The notes beneath the pieces were generated by a model. The model was not told the origin of the DNA and ran no database searches. It saw only the letters and a list, made by a program, of their open reading frames with translations. A stretch of 63,667 nucleotides of DNA, counting the filler, from Choristocarpus tenellus KU-1152 (lineage: Eukaryota; Protista; Phaeophyceae), in assembly GCA_964200185.2 (NCBI GenBank). It is 12 parts of 12 records of this genome, joined end to end, with 100 filler letters (N's around TTAATTAATTAA, not from the genome) between each part and the next. Parts side by side here need not be neighbours in the genome. Positions count along the whole stretch, not along the records: positions 27,717 to 42,651 come from CAXNAD020001093.1; positions 42,752 to 46,320 come from CAXNAD020019202.1; positions 46,421 to 49,909 come from CAXNAD020019680.1; positions 50,010 to 57,162 come from CAXNAD020006612.1; 8 more parts are not named here. One strand, written 5' to 3'. A program made the translations under genes and the position numbers. Below are positions 40,901 through 50,548 of the stretch, piece after piece; position 1 is the first letter of the stretch, and every line of letters begins with the position of its first letter.

Positions 40901-41403
40901 CTTTTTACACTATTGATTTGTAAGTGATCATCAATGCCCATAGTCGTAGAGAACTACGCGATTGTAGTACTTGGCAGGCATTATTTCAAGCGGTTACTCC
41001 TTAAGAAGGCATTTGTGGATCGTTGCTGGACATGTAGGGTGTGTTGACTCCATGTCACCTAGTCTTTTTTGACATGTGTTTTGTGCTCCTTGAACCACAA
41101 CAAATTTTATTTTATTTTTACTTGATCCCATGAACATTTCCCCCATAAACGCGTTTTAATTAATATCAGCAGTGTCACATAACTGTTGGATGATAGTATA
41201 TAACAATAGACTTACCTAAAACCTCAAGCACAAAATGTATGCATACTATAGATGAGCTCAGAGGAGATAGAACGGAGGAAGCGCTTGGAGATGTCCGTTA
41301 CAGGGGATGACTGGAGTAGTGTCATCGATGCACAGACTAAGAAGACTGTGCAGCCGAAGGTGGAGGAGGAGGAGGTGTCCACAGAAACAGCACAGATCAT
41401 CAG
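35823..41403 (+). CDS. Plastid-targeted protein with a GRXS16-type GIY-YIG domain, probably algal NFU1-like; C-terminus missing. Exons 35823-36011, 36184-36239, 36508-36604, 37017-37181, 39335-39466, 40561-40659, 41252-41403
   Basis: Signal peptide plus GA-F cleavage motif and S/R-rich transit peptide. AVYAV..FVGVSRNVALSVGAH...WIKDCSSVPKGN aligns by eye with the Arabidopsis GRXS16 N-domain (GVYAV..FVGISRNIAASVSAH...VPPGN). All seven exons join in phase. Confidence 0.85.
37821..37963. repeat. (GTA/ATA)n trinucleotide microsatellite in an intron
   Basis: About 140-bp imperfect run. Confidence 0.95.
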
Positions 41404-42968
41404 GTAAAGTCATAGGGTAATTGGTGTGTTGTGATCATCTTAGTCATCATGTATACAGTGTTGCAAGGTGTAGTGTGAAATATCTTTAATTTCCTTGATG
41501 GAGTAGGGATAAAAGTTCAAGATACAAGGTTCTGAATTAGTGTGCTGAGATCAGGGGGGGCAAAGATAACAAGATCACTTTTTTTTTAACAGATGACAGG
41601 TCACTCCCTCCCCTCCCCTCAATGTAATGGAAATAGTTTATTAAGTTTGGCCTGAAAAGATCCCATGTAGTACATACTACTTAAGGTCAAAGTACTACGC
41701 CTGGAAAGCAAGGTATTGCTAAATCAACAAACTTCAAAGGTTTTTTTTTAAATTGCGCATTACATGCACATCATATTAAAATATTTATTTGACATATCAT
41801 ATTAAATTGCCAAGAGGTTTTGATCACGATCTTGATTATACTTTAACCTGCTTGATTTAATTGAAATGTTGCAATATTTCCTGTACACCTAATATGTACC
41901 AAACAAATTTTTGCATCTTCTCTTGTACTTAAAGTGTCAAAAAGTGTCAACCAGGCAAGAGCAATAAGGACCTCCTATGGATCTGTTAAATGCTTCTATA
42001 AGTTTAAGCATCTGTATTTATTTTTTTATTGGGTTTGACAACCAAAAAGATCTGCTTAGCTTGGTGATACTTGAACCTTGGGTGTGCCCCAACTTTTGTT
42101 AATATAAATACTATTTTGCATGTGGAGATGTTATGGGGCAATACGCAGACGTACAGAGGATAATGTTCTACTTTACTTTCTTAGATTTGGGGGGCTGGCA
42201 TTGGTTACTGGTGAAAAGGTGGATAGGGGGGAAATGGTATATACTAATAGTATGTACAAATACTATATATTAATGGGTATTAAGTGTTCCTCCCCTCACT
42301 GCAGTTGAAGACAAGAAAGACTCTGACAGTTACTGTTAGTGTTGTTGGTAGTTGGTTGCAATACCGAGGACTTAATTGACTATTTCTGTTTTTATGATAG
42401 TATGTACAAATAGTATATATATATCCGTCAATAATACATTGGTATACATCAATCATACAATAATATAAGTAGTAGTTGGTGTCTATCCCACATTGGTGTT
42501 GAATGAAGTGGAAGGAAGTGGAAGGAAGGTTTATGATACAATGGAGTTGTTTACTTCATTTAAAAGAGATCTCTTGAATGGCCCACCCCATGTACCCTGT
42601 AAGTTTTTCGCAAGTATGGCAGGGGGTTAGGTCACCTTACAAACCCTTCACNNNNNNNNNNNNNNNNNNNNNNNNNNNNNNNNNNNNNNNNNNNNTTAAT
42701 TAATTAANNNNNNNNNNNNNNNNNNNNNNNNNNNNNNNNNNNNNNNNNNNNATAGGGTAGAGAGCCAGTGACAGATATATTATATGTACTGACTCATAGT
42801 GTCGATTGGTTATATCATGTTCAAGATACACTTCCTACACTTAAGATAAGTAAATAAATAATAGTGTGGTCAATTACAAACCCCACACTATAGAGTAATG
42901 ATCGTAGTTAAGGCTAGAGTCTCACCCACGAGCTCAGTCAGCGGAATCGAGACCATAAAGGCCCTTGT

Positions 42969-43318
42969 TGTGCAAATTACCTTGGGAGGTAATGCTATTT
43001 CTCAGTAGTGAAGATAAGAGGGTGTGCAACCTCACACGACCCCGTTCTTTGCTGAACGTGAAAAAGAATGGATGGTTGAAATTAGAAGAGTGACCTTTGT
43101 GGGGGCTCTTCTCATTGCTTGTTTTATTATTATTTGCGCTTCCTACAGAAGTCAACAATTAAATTCAAAGTTGTTGAATTCAAATCAACAAAACCTATAC
43201 ATATTCCATTCATAATTCTGATGTACTTTCTCATTAGTTACATCACATGGACTTAATCAAAATGACTATCTCTCACACACAAAATAAGGTACATCTCACT
43301 ATTGTCCTATTTTGCACA
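42969..43318. mobile_element. Solo LTR (350 bp) nested in the 5' LTR
   Basis: TGTGCAAA...TTTGCACA ends and 5-bp TSD CTTGT. The empty site is visible in the 3' LTR (GGCCCTTGTAATAC). Confidence 0.88.
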
Positions 43319-43743
43319 CTTGTAATACCAACTTTGTTCATCTACATCAAGCTGTTCTTTGTTCTTCTTTAAAGCACCATAAAAGCCGCAGGTCCAGTGT
43401 GGGATATTTCAACACGATACGTAGCGGACCGAATATTCCTGGGACATTGTGCGAAGTGACAAGACTGGTAGTGAGTATTGTGTACAAGACATCTGCCGGC
43501 AACCCCATCTGGGTCGCCAACCTCCCCACGTTTGCTGGGAAGTAGGGAGTGGATTTCTTCGGTTTTGCGGTTCATTCTTCGGTCATCCGAAATGTTTGTA
43601 GCTGCGACTTCGCGCTACTTGACCCTGACATAGTCTGTGAAGGGTCGATTTGGATGTGGAGTCAAGGAAGGCTGCACCCAAGTTCAAAGGATAGTGCGCG
43701 AGTGCTTCAGCAGCCACGGTAACATTAGGAGACGATGTGACAA

Positions 43744-44214
43744 ATGCATCAGCGCTTAACCTCTCCAATCGTGGAGATGGATGGCGAAAACCGAATGATC
43801 ACGCCCTTGCTTCAGGAAGGAGGGCGAGTAGTTATAGCTGCAGGCAGAAAGGGTCGCGGGAAGGGGCGCATAGTCTGTTACATGTGTGGCAAAGATGGCC
43901 ACGCGAGAAGTGACTGCCCCGACCTGGACAGGGGACGACACGCAGGTGCCTCTACGAGAATGGGGGAAGATGAAGATAGAGATGAAAGATGCCCACGGTG
44001 CAGGGGGATAGGACATGACTATGATGACTGTCCCCTGACAGTTCGAGCTAGGGAAAAGATCAGAAAACCCCCAAGAAGAGGGGATAAGTATACCAATATG
44101 GTGTTGAAAGCTTCACCTCCATCATCGAACCAAGAGGCTCTTGCTGATAGGATGGACAGGTTAGAAGGGTTCATTGGCTCTTATTTTGTTGAATCTGATC
44201 GTTATTCTCTATGA
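43744..44214 (+). CDS. Gag-like ORF with two CCHC zinc knuckles
   Basis: CYMCGKDGHARSDC and CPRCRGIGHDYDDC (CX2CX4HX4C). Confidence 0.75.
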   Translation: MHQRLTSPIVEMDGENRMITPLLQEGGRVVIAAGRKGRGKGRIVCYMCGKDGHARSDCPDLDRGRHAGASTRMGEDEDRDERCPRCRGIGHDYDDCPLTVRAREKIRKPPRRGDKYTNMVLKASPPSSNQEALADRMDRLEGFIGSYFVESDRYSL

Positions 44215-44450
44215 CTGTCTTCTTTTGTGTTTGTCTTTCAAAATGTTTTGATTTGAGTTTGTCCCCCATCTCTTGTGTATTTTGGTGCATACCCACAGTA
44301 GTCAAGTGACAGCTGTGATATTGTATGCAGACTGACTTTAGTCAGGGAGAGGCTTTCCTCATGTTTGTATGTATGGCATTTCAGGGATAAGTCAATTGAT
44401 TAGTAGTACTTTTTCCAAAGATTCACTTTAGGCGTGACACTAGGGATAGT

Positions 44451-45045
44451 TCCAGGATCGTGGGAGACGCAACATAGTATTGCTAAGGACCCCGCTATTT
44501 CCAGGATTGTGGGAGATGCAACATGGTATTGCTAAGGACCCACCATTCCATGGATCGTGGGAGACGCATTTTGGTATGGCTAAGGACCCACAGTTGAAAA
44601 CACCCCAGGATGTGTTCGTAGAAGATTGTGATAGGATAGGTAGGAAGTGACAGTTCCACCATATTACTTTGTTCCGAAGATTTGTAGTGGTGATGTACTA
44701 GGGAAGTTTCGTTGATTTTAGGAGACGCTGGATGTATTGCTAAGGACCTTGCCATTTTATGGATTTTGGGTGATGCAATGGGACATCGCTAGGACTTGCA
44801 GGAGAAAGTACCCCATAATGTTTCCACTGGAGGCTACAATAGGGAAGTAGATATGAGGTAGGATCTGTATTCCAGTGATCTGCAGTAGTGATGTACTAGG
44901 GAGGTTTCGTTGATTGTAGGAGACGCTGGGATGTATTGCTAAGGACCCTGCCATTTCATGGATTGTGGGAGACGCAATGGGACATCGCTAAGGACTTGCA
45001 GGAGAAAGTACCCCATAATGTTTCCACTGGAGGCTGCAGTAGGAT
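44451..45045. repeat. Hierarchical tandem repeat: three ~48-bp units, then two ~200-bp units each containing two such units
   Basis: Seven occurrences of the GGAGAYGC...GCTAAGGAC core. Confidence 0.85.
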
Positions 45046-45740
45046 GACAGTTTAGAATTGATAACTGAGTTTTTGTACCTACACAGACCCAATGTCAACT
45101 TTGATATTAGGGTATATTTATTGCATTGTTTTTGAGAGAGTTAGCAAAAGTTTGTTTCTTTCTTCAAGTTTTCAGAGAAGTAGATTCTAAGGGTGTGTAG
45201 TATCTGCGAGCAAGGGAGAGTGTTCGTAGATAGTGCTGCTGATTCATTTTATTCTCNNNNNNNNNNACTATAGACACCACTGGTGGATTATGTGATAGGG
45301 TAGAGAGCCAGTGACAGATATATTATATGTACTGACTCATAGTGTTGATTGGTTATATCATGTTCAAGATACACTTCCTATACTTAAGTAAATAAGTAAT
45401 TCATAGCAAATTAGTGTGGACGATTACAAACCCCACACTATAGAGTAATGATCGTAGTTAAGGCTAGAGTCTCACCCACGAGCTCAGTCAGCGGAATCGA
45501 GACCATAAAGGCCCTTGTAATACGAAATTTGTTCATCTACATCAAGCTGTTCTTCGTTCTTCTTTAAAGCACCATAAAAGCCGCGGGTCCAGTGTGGGAT
45601 AGTTCAACACCTACAAGGGTCTGATTCAGGACAAGTCCCACACTGACACCATACCGAGGACATTCACGACTTTGAGGAGCAACATAGGTCACTTTCTGTG
45701 AAACTGTAACTTGATCACACACGCGTTAAGTGTAATCTGT

Positions 45741-45930
45741 GAGTGAAAGTATCTTAGAGGGTACGAGTTTTGTCCTGTTTGTCCATTTGGGGCTTGGCTT
45801 CCTATGGAATTTATTATGACATTTTCCTCGACATTTCCTAACAAACACGATAGCCAAAATACATCAAAATCGCAAGATTGAATTTTGGCCCCAAATGGAC
45901 GCGGCCCTACCCTCTAAGATACTTTGGCTC
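45741..45930. mobile_element. MITE family B (Sola2-like)
   Basis: GAGTGAAAGTATCTTAGAGGGTA / TACCCTCTAAGATACTTTGGCTC TIRs. A further partial end lies at 46082-46140. Confidence 0.85.
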
Positions 45931-46420
45931 TGTGACAGCAATGTTCACTTGTTTGAAACACAAGTATTCTCGGAACTTTGCAAGTGTGGAAAATTGATGG
46001 GGGCAGTTCCAGGTTGCTAAATATCCGTTCCAAAACAAAGTGAAGAGAAACAAGGGGATCAAGAAAGTAATCAAGCCGAATTCCCATTGGAATTTGGCCG
46101 CCAAACGGACGCGGCTCTACCCTCTAAGATAATTACACTCTTTGTTGGAATATTACCAAATGTTACCAGCTCAAAGTATCTGGGAGGGGGTGGCGGCTGT
46201 CCATTTTGGGTCAATTTTTTCGTATCGCGATTTTTGGGTGATTTGGTTGCCATGCGTCGGATGGATAATGCAAATGCACTTTTCCCGATTTTGGTCCAAA
46301 TGGACACCAGATCGGAGAGCNNNNNNNNNNNNNNNNNNNNNNNNNNNNNNNNNNNNNNNNNNNNTTAATTAATTAANNNNNNNNNNNNNNNNNNNNNNNN
46401 NNNNNNNNNNNNNNNNNNNN

Positions 46421-46490
46421 AGGAAGGTCCGCCAGTGGAATCATGGATGCTTGATAAGGAACCTCAATCGGTACAACGGTATAACGGTAT
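46421..46490. repeat. Dispersed repeat, reverse complement of about 58928-58992
   Basis: GGAAGGTCCGCCAGTGGAATCATGGATGCTTGA.AAGGAACCTCAATCGGTACAACGGTATAAC is shared between two contigs. Confidence 0.85.
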
Positions 46491-46539
46491 AACAACAGAC
46501 TACCGCGCTTTCCACACTATATGCCAATAAAACCCTATT

Positions 46540-46615
46540 GTTGGATTCTTGGGATGCCTCCCTAGCTCCCCCCACCGGGGCACAGGAGTAGGTAGATGGG
46601 AAGCACAGGAAGACT
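46540..46615 (+). mobile_element. Isolated 3'-UTR tail of the CRE-like element
   Basis: GATTCTTGGGAT.C.TCCCTAGCTCC...GCACAGGAAG matches the reverse complement of about 3205-3280. Confidence 0.6.
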
Positions 46616-46846
46616 ACAATATTTGATAGTGGTGAAGCAACTGATAGATTATTGGTTTCCACACTTACAGTGTTTTATAGTGTTCTAATGTTTAGGATAT
46701 TTTATTCCTTTAGGGCTAATAACGACATATGTATAGTTTTCATTTGTTTCCCCATGACACATCTGCAAATATTTCCTACATATACGGGAAATGATTCAAA
46801 AAAACAATGTTCAAACTTTTTTTTTCACATGGTAGATATATAGGTA

Positions 46847-46919
46847 GCCCGGGTGGTCTAGTTGGTAAGATTCCTCTTTAGGGTAGAGGAGATCGCGAGT
46901 TCAAGTCTCGCCTCGGGTC
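46847..46919 (+). tRNA. tRNA-Pro(AGG)
   Basis: Cloverleaf: GCCCGGG/CTCGGGT acceptor stem, TGGTCTAGTTGG A-box, CCTCT-TTAGGGT-AGAGG anticodon arm, GTTCAAGTC B-box, T6 terminator downstream. Confidence 0.95.
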
Positions 46920-48751
46920 ACCTTTTTTGAGGGAATTGCGGATACTACAGAGTACCATTGAATTATAGATTTTATGAACACCACAGTTTGTTCGACCACT
47001 GGAATTGGGAGTTACTACTTTACAAAATAGTTCTAGTACCTAAAAACCTCTGTTCTTTCCACCTAATATTGGATCTACCCTCATTGTGTGCTCTCTATTT
47101 CGTTGGTTGTCGACTGGCTCATCCTGACCCCAGGAATTGGGTTATTTGTGTCACCACCCAATCCTAGGCTGACACTCACGAAGTTTTTGGTGGAGTCCCA
47201 TCTGCTTCCCCATCACAGCCTCACCCTTGCTGCCATGCCGACGTCCTCATACCATAGTTGCAGGTTCTGGTTAATCCCTGCCCCTAACTCTGCGTTCAGT
47301 TGTGTCAAGTTTCCCATATCTGAGTGGAAGACTTCGTATTGGATGGATATATTTTCCGACATGCCATGACCATAGGATTGGAGGTCATAAATGGGTCCCC
47401 TAGGTCGGTCCTGTGTTCATCTCCCTCTTTCATTAGCTATAGAAAGGTCTAAACTTTCTACATCAAGGTTTAATTTTTTTGTCGACATTCCGTCTCACCT
47501 GCTCTGCTCTGACCTCGGGGGTATGGGAGCCTGAAGCAATTAATGTTAAACCTGACGTGGACACAACCTGCTTTTAAGCAGGGCCCCGCTTGTTCAACAC
47601 ATTAGAGTCATGCAAAAAGAGCAATGGATGCCAGGCCTCGTCGGGCTTATCAGCTCCAAGGAGCATGTCATTGACTACCATGCCAAGTGTGTGGACAATA
47701 AATTATATTATAAAATAAACCAGGAAAAAACACTCTCCCACCCCCCAGGCTATGATGAACATGAAATTCTCACCCCCCAGAGGTTTACGATAGAGAATGA
47801 AACACAGCAAAATTTTGGTTTGGTTGGTTGGATAAATGACTGTTGCAAAACCTCTATCTACCCCCCCAAAGTGTAATGATGGATTTTCATCTCCCAAAGA
47901 TTTAATGACCAAAGAAATTGAAGAAGAAAAGGGAGATACGTAGGAGCGGGACAATTTCATTGGTTTTGATAAAGACCAGTTTCAGACCACTTGGCACGAG
48001 GGAAGAAAACAGATGACGGCGATGTGTCAGTCCAAAAGTCTCATTGCAATGCACCTGTTGATTCAGGACGAAAGAAAAGCGTTTGAACATCAAAGAGTGT
48101 AGGGTAGACAAGAAAGGCATAGCGCTGGTCAGGATGAACAGAGGTGGGTAGAAGGTAGAAGGGACCCCCATGTCAGCAATAGAACATTCACATTACAACA
48201 CTTCTCCCAATAATTCTCAGATCATTGAAGGTTTTGGATGAGACCACATGTATGGTTCGGGAGAGGGGGTTGAAGAAGGGTATCCGGTCCCAATTCTCTG
48301 TAGTGTCAGGTTGTCTCCACAAGATCAGGGGATTATAACAATGATTATTGGGTAGCAACATAAGTGAACAAGCAATTCGATTACAGACAAAGTGCAGCAT
48401 TTCTTAGATGGGAGCAGGTGTTTTCTGGTGTCACGATCCATCACCTCCAACAAGTTCAATTTATTCGGACAAACAGACTGGAGAAGGAGCAGTTTTCGGA
48501 AGGAAGTAAGGAGAGATCTGGTAGGAACCAGGACACTTTCATAGGGACTGTAGAAGTTGTCCCCACAAAAAGCAATGGGTTGGGGAGGGCCTAAGGACAA
48601 CAGGACGACCTTCTGGTTCGAGACGGGTGAAGCTGTGTGGTAAAACGATTTATATTGAATTAATAACTAATACGGATTCTTGAGCAAGATCAAAACTATT
48701 GCAATGCAATAGTTTGAGTATTATTCTCAACAATTACTCGTCATCAAGTTA

Positions 48752-48824
48752 GCCCGGGTGGTCTAGTTGGTAAGATTCCTCTTTAGGGTAGAGGAGATCG
48801 CGAGTTCAAGTCTCGCCTCGGGTC
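48752..48824 (+). tRNA. tRNA-Pro(AGG), identical second copy
   Basis: Identical 73 nt with different flanks and a T5 terminator. Confidence 0.95.
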
Positions 48825-48904
48825 TGATTTTTGGGAACCGTAATGTACTAACTACTACTGTATTGATCTCTCTATGACATGACTATTCGTATCTTCAAAT
48901 ATTA

Positions 48905-49909
48905 CTCTAGTTTAAAGCGTATGACATGTCGAGACAATGCAATGCCACTTGCGTAGTCACCCAAACAATTTGGCGTAGCCTGGATTTAACTACTCCTTTC
49001 CTGCAATATCCTCCCGCTCCTCTCCCCCCTCTAGCAGAAGACCTTTGTCCCTGTAGGGAGCTGTTCTGGCGTCCGCTAGTGCTCCTGCGTGGAACACCTG
49101 ATCCATCATGCGTAGATTCCTGTCCACTGTGAAAGGGCTACCATTCTCCGTAGTGCAAGGGATGCCCATCCTCTTGAATAGTTGGTGCAGTCGTTTTACC
49201 ATTGGAGTGTGTTGTCGTACCAATCCCCCTGCCCTGGGGCAGGTGCGAGCATGTCTGGTATCGACATTTTGCCTCCTGCACCCTGCCGCTGGGCACCTGT
49301 TCGATAGGTCTTCCTCCCTCCCTAGGGATCTGCTGACTGTGAGCTTGAATTCCAGAGGAGGGATCTGGCATGCTGGTTCCAGAGGTTGCGTCGAGGCCCA
49401 GGCGTTTGCCCCTTGTCCACACTGGCTCTGGTGGCGCGCTAGGGCTAATGAAGAGCTTCCCTCCCTTGGTGTGCTTCATTTGGAAGGTCGACTAGCTGTT
49501 TCCTAAAGGAATCAAAACGGATCTTGTTGAGGAGGCGCGTGATATTGTGTTGAGCCCTCCTTGTGATACTGGCGTCATGAGCTACCAGGATGTGGACCTC
49601 TGGGGCAGGTGCAGGGGGTGCTGTTCCCCCCCAGATTACCCAGTCTTGGCCAATGATTTCAGCCAGGTCTTCTGAGGGGACACCTGTAGAAAGGAGGGTG
49701 TGTATGGACAACCCTAAGGCCTGTATTGTAGGGCTTGTACATACAGCTCGTGAGAAGGACTCGCCATGAGGCCCTTGCTGCCTTGCTAGGAGGGTGGGGA
49801 GAGTAGCCACCAGTGATCCTATGAAAGCCACATGTTGGCGGCGTTTCATAGAGGAGAGGTCCAGACCCCCCACACTTGTAGGCATCTGTGCCTGTGCTTG
49901 TTGGTGATT
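48905..49909 (-). mobile_element. Degenerate CRE-like non-LTR retrotransposon fragment
   Basis: Homologous to 3297-4166 (RQHTPMVK, GALADA..APYRDKGLLL) with frameshifts and an internal deletion; includes an LP..GGL-type post-RT motif (MPTSVGGLDL). Confidence 0.75.
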
Positions 49910-50548
49910 NNNNNNNNNNNNNNNNNNNNNNNNNNNNNNNNNNNNNNNNNNNNTTAATTAATTAANNNNNNNNNNNNNNNNNNNNNNNNNNNNNNNNNNN
50001 NNNNNNNNNGGTTCAAATGGACGCTCTGGTGTAGACCCCCCCCCTCCTCCAGGATACTCTGGGTCTTTGTTAACCTCAGGATTTGGAATCCCCACTACCT
50101 AGGGGACAACCGGTGAGACTGGACTTTGTGACAAACAAAATTCTAAATCGAACAATAAGACCCACTCAAGGTCAATCAATCCACATACTGACTTGTCATA
50201 TGGGAAATTTCTTATATGTGTGTGTCATGCAAGTATACATACATGCCAGCTCATACCCTTGCATTGACAGACATGTCTACCAACTGCAGCAACCCTAACC
50301 CTACCTATTATCAACAGCTCCGTTCAATAAAGCAAAAAAAAGTGAGTGAAAAATATAAACCAGTTTGAGGAACATTTTCTGTGTCAGGATTCGAAGCAGG
50401 TCTTACTGAGAGTGCATTTTGCAGATACCTCCAGCTCCATCCCTTCTGGTGTTGCTCACACAAAATATCAAAACATACTACATTACCAACCCCAAAGCTA
50501 GATCCCACCACCCCACCCTAAAGCATTCTGTACATTTCTACAGCCTAC

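Larger units (their letters stand above)
42752..45609 (+). mobile_element. Non-autonomous LTR retrotransposon (gag remnant, no pol). LTRs 42752-43414 and 45291-45609
   Basis: Two highly similar direct repeats, the complete one TGTGA...CAACA (319 bp), enclosing a zinc-knuckle ORF. A 10-N gap at 45257-45266 leaves continuity uncertain. Confidence 0.8.

Noticed and set aside
44451-45045. CRISPR-like array
   Set aside because: Units are degenerate tandem copies without unique spacers, lie inside an LTR element, and no cas genes are present.
46920-48751. Possible gene or integrated element between the two tRNA-Pro copies
   Set aside because: Only short broken ORFs with no integrase or other motif. 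Both tRNAs are complete with their own terminators, unlike att-site duplications.
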